A stretch of DNA of 64,000 nt from an uncultured bacterium (GTDB taxonomy: Bacteria; Zixibacteria; MSB-5A5; UBA10806). The notes under the pieces are model-generated. The model made no database searches, was not told the origin of the DNA, and was given only the letters and a program-made list of their open reading frames with translations. The stretch spans positions 160,001 to 224,000 of the forward strand of contig CBEUCH010000002.1 in assembly GCA_965541585.1 (NCBI GenBank), read 5' to 3'. Below are positions 57,413 to 64,000 of the stretch, piece after piece (positions within the stretch are counted from its first letter, which is position 1; every line of letters begins with the position of its first letter). A program made the translations under genes and the position numbers.

Positions 57413-59197
57413 ATGTTCTACCTTAAAGTCGAAAATAGGTCCGATGAAGGGCCCCGGGGAAAACCGCCCGAGAGAACCGACCTCCATGTGATAGAAAGCG
57501 CCAAGATCCGGATTACGGTGCTAACGGATAAGCTTTATACCTTTTTTCTCAACCAGGATTCTCATGTTTTTATAGGTGAATCTCTTGCTCCATTGAGTGA
57601 CGATGAGATAATCAGGATATACAAGAGGATCGATCATGAACCGCCGATTCTACATAATATACTTCTCACGTTTGCTGTCGTGGATAAAGTGAGCGGGCGA
57701 ACGAGAGTGTATAAGAGTATCTGTTGTAACCGGCCCTTATATTATCATTGCAGCCATCGGACAATAAAATGTACCAGCCACATACAATTGATGAAGGGGG
57801 ATGGCGTAAAACTGGAGCTAAATCAAGAAGTTTTGCCGGAGTTTTTTGTCTACCGGTACGTGATGCCACCCGAAACGTTATTCAAGGATATACGGTGTCT
57901 ACCGGGAGGCTGGAGTCTTGTAACCGAAGGCGACCATAAAGAGATCAGCTTAAGGAAACTCTGGAACCCTGAAAAGGCTGAGTCGAATAGCAAATTAAGT
58001 GAAGCTGTTCTAACGACCTCAAAACTTCTGCATAATTCAATCGATTTTCTGAAGACATATAGTGAGACGACCGTCTTGATGTTATCAGGGGGATTAGACT
58101 CTTCAATTCTGGGCGCTATCTCCAAGAATAAAGGACTCGATATCAAGAGTATATCTTCCGGGTTCCATTGTATCACGGATGAATTCGGAGAAAGCGAATA
58201 TGCCCTTAGCGCGGCAAAGTCAATGGATTTTGATCATAAAATACACGACGTGAGTCATGAGGATTACCTGTCCGGTCTGGTTGACTCTCTGGACGTGTGT
58301 GCCGAACCGATCCATCATTTGCAGTCTGTCATATTGTATTCGTTGTTTTCCAAGACCTCTGAAGTCGGCGCCAGGTATCTAATTAATGGACAGGGCGCGG
58401 ACGGGCTGTTTTGTCATTCGAGTCAATATGTCTGGTGGAAATACAAAAATATTCTCAAGCTTGCGGATTTTCCGTTTATTAAAATACCAATGACGCCTTT
58501 AGTCCGTCTTTTGTCCAGGTTCGACAGCCGTTACAGGCTTTTCAGTTATCACCATTCTGATGATCATTCCAGGGCGGATAATTTCATTTACGCTCACGAG
58601 GCTTATGGCAATATTGGCTGGGTGAAGAAGTATTTTGGCGTTAAACAGGATGCTATCGTAAGGAATCGCCTTGGATTTCTGAATTCTTTCGAGCAAAGTT
58701 CTCTTCTGGACAAGGTCTCACTTCTCACATTTTTTGGCGACGTGGATAAGACTATGCGTATTTGGGGAAAGTTGGCGGAGCACTTTAACAGTATAGTAGT
58801 CTATCCTTTTTCCTACCCCGATCTCATAAATCATTCTTTTAGAGTCCCCTGGGATCTGAAAGCGGCCGAGCCTAAGATGCTGTTAAGAAATGTTGCAAAG
58901 CATATAGAAATTTCAGATTCGATTATAATGCGTTCTAAAAAAAGCTTCGGATTCCCGATAGCATACTGGGCTTTGCCAGGGACCCTGTTTCAACCGCTGG
59001 TCGACATGGCCGGGGAGATGTTCGAGAAAGAGGAATTACGCTCTTTACAGACGATAGAATCATCGAAGGCTATGATACTCTGGGGGATGATCAATTTATA
59101 TATCTGGCACAAGATATTTGTCGATGGTATCGAGCCCGCCGAATTAAAGCGGGAAATTCTTGAACGGCATAGATCTCTGAAGAAGAAAGCTGTATGA
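57413..59197 (+). CDS. Asparagine synthase-like amide ligase lacking the N-terminal Cys
   Basis: LSGGLDSS, NGQGADGLF, YPF, K.LLR, K..FG.P; no MCG N-terminus. Confidence 0.8.
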   Translation: MFYLKVENRSDEGPRGKPPERTDLHVIESAKIRITVLTDKLYTFFLNQDSHVFIGESLAPLSDDEIIRIYKRIDHEPPILHNILLTFAVVDKVSGRTRVYKSICCNRPLYYHCSHRTIKCTSHIQLMKGDGVKLELNQEVLPEFFVYRYVMPPETLFKDIRCLPGGWSLVTEGDHKEISLRKLWNPEKAESNSKLSEAVLTTSKLLHNSIDFLKTYSETTVLMLSGGLDSSILGAISKNKGLDIKSISSGFHCITDEFGESEYALSAAKSMDFDHKIHDVSHEDYLSGLVDSLDVCAEPIHHLQSVILYSLFSKTSEVGARYLINGQGADGLFCHSSQYVWWKYKNILKLADFPFIKIPMTPLVRLLSRFDSRYRLFSYHHSDDHSRADNFIYAHEAYGNIGWVKKYFGVKQDAIVRNRLGFLNSFEQSSLLDKVSLLTFFGDVDKTMRIWGKLAEHFNSIVVYPFSYPDLINHSFRVPWDLKAAEPKMLLRNVAKHIEISDSIIMRSKKSFGFPIAYWALPGTLFQPLVDMAGEMFEKEELRSLQTIESSKAMILWGMINLYIWHKIFVDGIEPAELKREILERHRSLKKKAV

Positions 59198-60393
59198 AAA
59201 TTCTAATCATCGACGAGGAATTCCCTTTTCCCCTCAATACCGGCAAGCGTATTCGGAGTTTTAACCTGGCTAAGGCGCTGACGGATTTTCATGATGTTTC
59301 GTATCTGGCGTATGGTTTATCCGGTTCCGATGCTTTCCTCTTCTTAGAAAAGAAGAAAATTACGCCATATCCCGTAACGCCGCGGGATAGACGAAAGAGC
59401 GGTCCGGGATTCTATCTCAGATTGTTGCTTAATCTGTTTTCCCCGTTGCCCTATATTGTAACGAGTCACTATTCAAAGGCATTCGAAGGGAGATTGAAAG
59501 AACTACTGGAAGAAGGTGTATATGACATAATCATCTGCGAGTGGACGCCATATGCGATCTTCTTAAAAGACCTGCAAAAGGCTAAAAAGATAATCGTGGC
59601 TCACAACATCGAATCGCGAATCTGGGAGCGATACCGGTCAGAAGAAAGAAATCCCTTAAAAAAATTATATACTGCAATCCAGGAAAAGAAAATTAAGAGG
59701 TTTGAGAGGGAATGTTTCCACTGGGCTGATGGCGCCACCGCAGTCTGCGATGGCGAGGCGCGCCAGATCAATGACTATGGCGTAGCTTACCGGGTGGAAG
59801 TCATCGAAAATGGAGTTGACGTTGAGTATTTCAGCCCGCAGGAAGAGGATATCGATCACAACATGCTGGTATTCACAGGATCAATGGACTGGCGTCCCAA
59901 CCAGGATGCCGTCGGTTATTTCGTCGCCGAGATACTCCCTCGGATCCGGGAGAGGGTGCCCTCGATTACCGCGGTTTTCGTGGGACGCAACCCGCCAAAA
60001 GGTATGCTGAAGCTGGGTAAGCTCAATGGCGTTATCGTGACCGGCACGGTTGAAGATGTCAGGCCCTTTATAGCCAGGGCCGGAGTATATATAGTTCCGT
60101 TGCGCATCGGCGGAGGCTCGCGAATAAAAATATTGGAGGCTCTGGCCATGAAAAAACCGGTGGTCTCCACGTCGGTGGGCGCCGAGGGATTGCGTGTGAA
60201 ACCCGGAGAGGATATAATCATCGTGGATAGAGCGGAAGAATTCGCGGAGGCAGTGGTCTCCTGCCTCGGGGATACAGATCTTTCGAGGGGATTGGGGGAA
60301 AAAGGCAGAATGCTCGTCGAGAAATATTATCGCTGGCAGGAGCTGGGGAAGAAGTATAATGATTACATAATTGCGGTTGCGAACGGGCAATGA
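59194..60393 (+). CDS. Glycosyltransferase family 4
   Basis: PFP.NTG..IR, HNIES, NGVD..YF, FTGSMDW.PN.DA, PLRIGGG.RIKILEALAM. Confidence 0.9.
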   Translation: MKILIIDEEFPFPLNTGKRIRSFNLAKALTDFHDVSYLAYGLSGSDAFLFLEKKKITPYPVTPRDRRKSGPGFYLRLLLNLFSPLPYIVTSHYSKAFEGRLKELLEEGVYDIIICEWTPYAIFLKDLQKAKKIIVAHNIESRIWERYRSEERNPLKKLYTAIQEKKIKRFERECFHWADGATAVCDGEARQINDYGVAYRVEVIENGVDVEYFSPQEEDIDHNMLVFTGSMDWRPNQDAVGYFVAEILPRIRERVPSITAVFVGRNPPKGMLKLGKLNGVIVTGTVEDVRPFIARAGVYIVPLRIGGGSRIKILEALAMKKPVVSTSVGAEGLRVKPGEDIIIVDRAEEFAEAVVSCLGDTDLSRGLGEKGRMLVEKYYRWQELGKKYNDYIIAVANGQ

Positions 60394-61496
60394 ATATACT
60401 TCATCTCAGAGCCTCCAATTTCTATGGAGGGCCCGAACGTCAGCTACATTCACACGCCCTCCGGACTTTAGAATCTGGATTTAATATGGTCATAGGGTCT
60501 TTTAAAGAGCACCGGAAGAGCCCCGAGTTTATAGATGTTATCAGCAATGATGACGTCGCTACGCATGTTTTTGACGTCAAGAATCCATATGATCCGAGAG
60601 CCGTGAAGCTCCTGAGGGAATATATAATCGCCAATAAGATTCGTATTCTTTGCACTCATGATTACCGCACCCACCTGATCGGCTTTCTGGCAACGATTGC
60701 AGTGGATGCAAAATGGATTGCTTTTTCACGGGGCTGGACGGCAGAGAGCTTTAAAGTGAGAGCGTATCATATACTCGATAAGATCATCGTTAGATTCGCA
60801 GATCATGTGGTGGCGGTATCCGGTTCGCAAAGAATTAAGCTGCTCCGTCTGCTGGTACCAGCACGCAAAATTTCTGTAATCCACAATGCCATAGAGCCGA
60901 CCGGGATCGCGCCAATCCCTAAGGCAGATCTGCACGCGAGATTCGGCTTCCCCGAGGATTCAATTATTTGTCTATGCGGCGGGCGGTTCAGCCGTGAAAA
61001 AGGACATATTTATCTGGTAAGAGCGGCCACCCTGGCAATCGAGGATAATGGCAGGTTGCGCTTCGTCCTTTTTGGAGACGGCCCCGAGCTGGAGAGGGTG
61101 AAAAAGGCCATTGTCCGAAAAGGTTTAGAGAACCATATTCTATGTCCGGGATTTGAAAGGAATCTGGTAGGCTGCCTCAAGGGCGCGGATGTATTGGTTA
61201 ATCCTTCGCTCTCCGAGGGATTGCCCAATATAGTGCTGGAGGCCATGGCCCTGAGGCTGCCTGTCATTGCAACCGCGGTGGGGGGAGTGCCGGAGTTGAT
61301 AACGGATCGAGAAAGCGGATTTTTGGTGCCGCCCGGCGATGAAGCGGCCCTGGCGAGGGCTATTCTGAGGTTTATCAGCGGAGCTGAGGACATAGACAGA
61401 ATTGCAGGCTCAGCATTTAAGATTATCGTCGAGCGCTTTTCGTTCGAAACGCAAATGCGGAAACTGGCCGGCCTGTATGATCTGGTCGGGAGGTGA
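60390..61496 (+). CDS. Glycosyltransferase family 4
   Basis: GGPE, GRFSREKG, GDGP, PS.SEGLPN.VLEAMA..LPV.AT.VGG.PE. Confidence 0.9.
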   Translation: MNILHLRASNFYGGPERQLHSHALRTLESGFNMVIGSFKEHRKSPEFIDVISNDDVATHVFDVKNPYDPRAVKLLREYIIANKIRILCTHDYRTHLIGFLATIAVDAKWIAFSRGWTAESFKVRAYHILDKIIVRFADHVVAVSGSQRIKLLRLLVPARKISVIHNAIEPTGIAPIPKADLHARFGFPEDSIICLCGGRFSREKGHIYLVRAATLAIEDNGRLRFVLFGDGPELERVKKAIVRKGLENHILCPGFERNLVGCLKGADVLVNPSLSEGLPNIVLEAMALRLPVIATAVGGVPELITDRESGFLVPPGDEAALARAILRFISGAEDIDRIAGSAFKIIVERFSFETQMRKLAGLYDLVGR

Positions 61497-62566
61497 AGAG
61501 GGAAGAAATCTCGATGTCCATGGGTATATTAAAACGATTCGGCTTTGCTTTACTTTATTGGTCCGGGATCTGGCTGTTGTTCAGATATCTTAATCGGCGA
61601 AAGTTCGTGATTCTCATGTATCATGGCGTGACGGATAAAGAAATCGTCAACTGGACTCAAGTCCCGGTCCACGAGTTTAGAAAGCAGATGAAATATATCA
61701 GCCGGCGCTGCCATCCTGTCGCTCTGGAGAGGGCTGCTGGATTCCCGGGAAAAGACTCTGCTGAGCATAATTATTCGATAGTTGTCACATTTGACGACGG
61801 CTTCAAGAACAACTATACCTGCGCTTATCCGATAATGAAAACCTATAACATAGCCTCCACAGTTTTCCTGACGACTTCGTTCGTTGATAAGGACCCGCGT
61901 TACGGGGGGATACTCTGGACCGACTATATTTCATCGATATTGCAATCCACGGCCAAGAACAATCTGGACCTGACAGACTTCGGCCTTGGCAGGATCGATC
62001 TAAGCGATAGCCTGAAACGTTATCACGCCAAGGGCCGGATATGCTTCGAGCTGAAAAAACTGGACTATGGGGAGAAAAATAGGATAATTGAAGAGATCGG
62101 CCGCAGGCTCGAAAGCGGAGTTTCCGAATATGATTACGGTATCTTTCAAAGCCTCGATTGGGACGATGTGGATAGGTTGAGCGGAGGCGGGCTCATGGAA
62201 TTCGGCGCTCACACGGTGAATCATGAGATTTTGCCGGGCCTGCCCCGTGATATCATGGAAAGAGAAATTCTTGACTCGAAGAGGATCGTCGAGAATCACA
62301 CAACAAAACCGGTAACAGCTTTTGCCTATCCCAATGGATCCTTCAATAACGAAGTCAAGGACAGAGTGAGTTCGCATTTTGATTGCGCGCTGACATCAAT
62401 AGAAGGTCTCAACCATGCAGGGATCGACAGGTACGAGTTGAAACGCTTCAATATTTTCAACGGCATGAAGATGTGGGAATTCAAACTGGCGATCTCGGGT
62501 ACCATGGAATTGGTTGGGAAATTCGGCAGGTTTTTCAGACGAAGCTCGTATTATGAAGTTGAATGA
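61493..62566 (+). CDS. Polysaccharide deacetylase (NodB/CE4)
   Basis: ILMYHGV, VTFDDG, FGAHTVNH, FAYPNG. Confidence 0.9.
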   Translation: MKREEISMSMGILKRFGFALLYWSGIWLLFRYLNRRKFVILMYHGVTDKEIVNWTQVPVHEFRKQMKYISRRCHPVALERAAGFPGKDSAEHNYSIVVTFDDGFKNNYTCAYPIMKTYNIASTVFLTTSFVDKDPRYGGILWTDYISSILQSTAKNNLDLTDFGLGRIDLSDSLKRYHAKGRICFELKKLDYGEKNRIIEEIGRRLESGVSEYDYGIFQSLDWDDVDRLSGGGLMEFGAHTVNHEILPGLPRDIMEREILDSKRIVENHTTKPVTAFAYPNGSFNNEVKDRVSSHFDCALTSIEGLNHAGIDRYELKRFNIFNGMKMWEFKLAISGTMELVGKFGRFFRRSSYYEVE

Positions 62567-62569
62567 TCG

Positions 62570-64000
62570 ATGGTCTCCGTAGAGAAAATAGAAACACTGC
62601 AGGGCTTTGACGATTTAAGAGGCGTCTGGGATCGGCTTTTAGCAAAAAACGATTTTAGAAATATATTTTTAACTTTCGACTGGCTTCGTACGTGGTGGAA
62701 GGTTTTCGGTGGCGATAAAGAGCTGTATGTGCTGATAGTTAAATCGGATGCCGAAATCATAGGCGTCGCCCCGTTAATGCTTGAGACAAGCAGGAGACTG
62801 GGAAGAACCGTAAAGGTGATACGATTTATCGGCACGCCGAATGTGGATTATGGCGATTTCATCGGCGAAAATAAGAAACTAATCATTGAACATATAGTGA
62901 GGTATCTAATTCTGAATGGCGAAGATTGGTTTAGAGTTGAACTCGACCAGGTTTCGGAACGCTCATCCTCGCTGGCCCACGGCAGGGCAGTTCTCGAATC
63001 GCGCGATTTCTTATCGGCAATAAGGAAAACCGAGACCTGCTACTGCTACGCTTATGAGAACAATGACGGGAATCGTGTCAATTTCGATATTAGAAAGGGC
63101 CAGACTATTAGACGATCCATAAATCATTTCAAGAAAGCGCGGGGGTTAACTCTTGAACGAATTTTCGATATGTCATCAGCAAAGCGAAGTCTCGCAATGT
63201 TGTTTCAGTTTCACATAAATAGATGGGACGGCACGGCTACGCCCAGCAAATTCCTGAATCAGGCAAATCGTCAATTTTACAAAAAACTTGTCGAGCTTCT
63301 TCTACCGCAAAAGAAGATATGCATTCTCTCGTTGAAAAGTGGATCTATCCCGCTGGCTTATTCATTTTATTATGAATTCGAAGGAACTATCTACCATTAT
63401 ACTCTCGCTTACAACGAATACTTCGGTCGCAGGTCGCCTGGTAATTTGCTGCTGATATTGGGATCGGAATCCCTTGTCAGAGAGGGCTTTGATCTGGATT
63501 ATTCGCGGGGAACAGCCGATTACAAGGAGTTGCGTGCCAATAGATCTTACGATAACTACCGGATAACTCTTTATAGTGGGCGAAGCGACTATTTTTCTGC
63601 AAAAATCGCGGAGCATATAAAAAAATCCAGGCCCGTCAGAGCAATCCTGGGCAAACGTAGAGTCCAGTATTATAGACTCAAGTTAGCCGATGTCTATCAC
63701 AGGAATGGATTGAGAGGTTTGATATTTAAGATCATTGGATTTTTGTTCAAGTCCGTACTGGATTATAAAGTCGTCTATCTTTTTCGGCACGACGGGCGGC
63801 AGGAGACTATCCCCACTCCCAAGATAGAGGTGGAAATAAAAATGCTGGGCATCGAGGATGTCGACCAGATAGCCACGTTTTACGGCGTGAGAGAAGGCTC
63901 GGATAAACATAAAACCATAGTCCGGAGGTTTGAGAACAAGGCAGATTGTTTTGCCGCCTTCCACAACGGAAACATCGTCTATGTAAGCTGGACTCTCTTT
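62570..64000 (+). CDS. CelD/BcsL-like GNAT acyltransferase with a probable second GNAT domain (3' partial; absent from ORF track)
   Basis: ATG 62570: MVSVEKIETLQGFDDLRGVWDRLL...FLTFDWLRTWWKVF...IGVAPL...SPG.LL...DYSRG...YK; C-terminal RRFENKADCFAAFHNGNIVYVSW; no stop in the parts translated. Confidence 0.8.
   Translation, partial: MVSVEKIETLQGFDDLRGVWDRLLAKNDFRNIFLTFDWLRTWWKVFGGDKELYVLIVKSDAEIIGVAPLMLETSRRLGRTVKVIRFIGTPNVDYGDFIGENKKLIIEHIVRYLILNGEDWFRVELDQVSERSSSLAHGRAVLESRDFLSAIRKTETCYCYAYENNDGNRVNFDIRKGQTIRRSINHFKKARGLTLERIFDMSSAKRSLAMLFQFHINRWDGTATPSKFLNQANRQFYKKLVELLLPQKKICILSLKSGSIPLAYSFYYEFEGTIYHYTLAYNEYFGRRSPGNLLLILGSESLVREGFDLDYSRGTADYKELRANRSYDNYRITLYSGRSDYFSAKIAEHIKKSRPVRAILGKRRVQYYRLKLADVYHRNGLRGLIFKIIGFLFKSVLDYKVVYLFRHDGRQETIPTPKIEVEIKMLGIEDVDQIATFYGVREGSDKHKTIVRRFENKADCFAAFHNGNIVYVSWTLF

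Noticed and set aside
57274..59197. Lasso peptide cluster (Cys-less AsnB-like as cyclase, 50-aa upstream ORF as precursor)
   Set aside because: The small ORF lacks lasso leader/core features, no RRE or B2 peptidase is adjacent, and the context is glycan biosynthesis
2000..63964. Numerous short antisense or nested ORFs in the track
   Set aside because: They shadow well-supported genes and show no family motifs
1..64000. tRNA, rRNA, tmRNA, IS transposases, prophage genes
   Set aside because: No recognisable signatures found by eye; a covariance-model search was not possible

Overview
64 kb of bacterial chromosome, mostly about 50% GC by eye. The gene repertoire (T9SS/FlgD-type C-terminal domains, an IPTL-CTERM protein, BshB1, FG-GAP repeat proteins) suggests an FCB-group lineage such as candidate Zixibacteria; this is inference only. 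The left half (1-32.3 kb) holds housekeeping genes (nadC, birA, bshB1, MacA/MacB-like pair, radical SAMs, E2/E3 dehydrogenase subunits) plus accessory inserts: an AT-rich HigB/HigA-IrrE locus with a frameshifted third gene, a HEPN/Zn-ribbon gene next to a REP cluster, a secreted-protein operon (transglutaminase-like gene followed by two X-P gene pairs with a near-identical P copy and a recurring junction motif), and an internally deleted E1-beta remnant. The right half (32.4-64 kb) is an exosortase/EpsI-associated polysaccharide locus rich in tailoring enzymes (AMP-ligase/AsnB/ACP/NadE cassette, CapK, second AsnB-like, GNATs, methyl- and acetyltransferases, Wzx, Wzy-like, GT-C). It contains two paralogous secreted proteins with the same passenger domain but different C-terminal sorting signals (IPTL-CTERM versus T9SS/FlgD-type). 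No rRNA, tRNA, CRISPR array or transposase was recognised. All calls come from motif reading; no searches were run.
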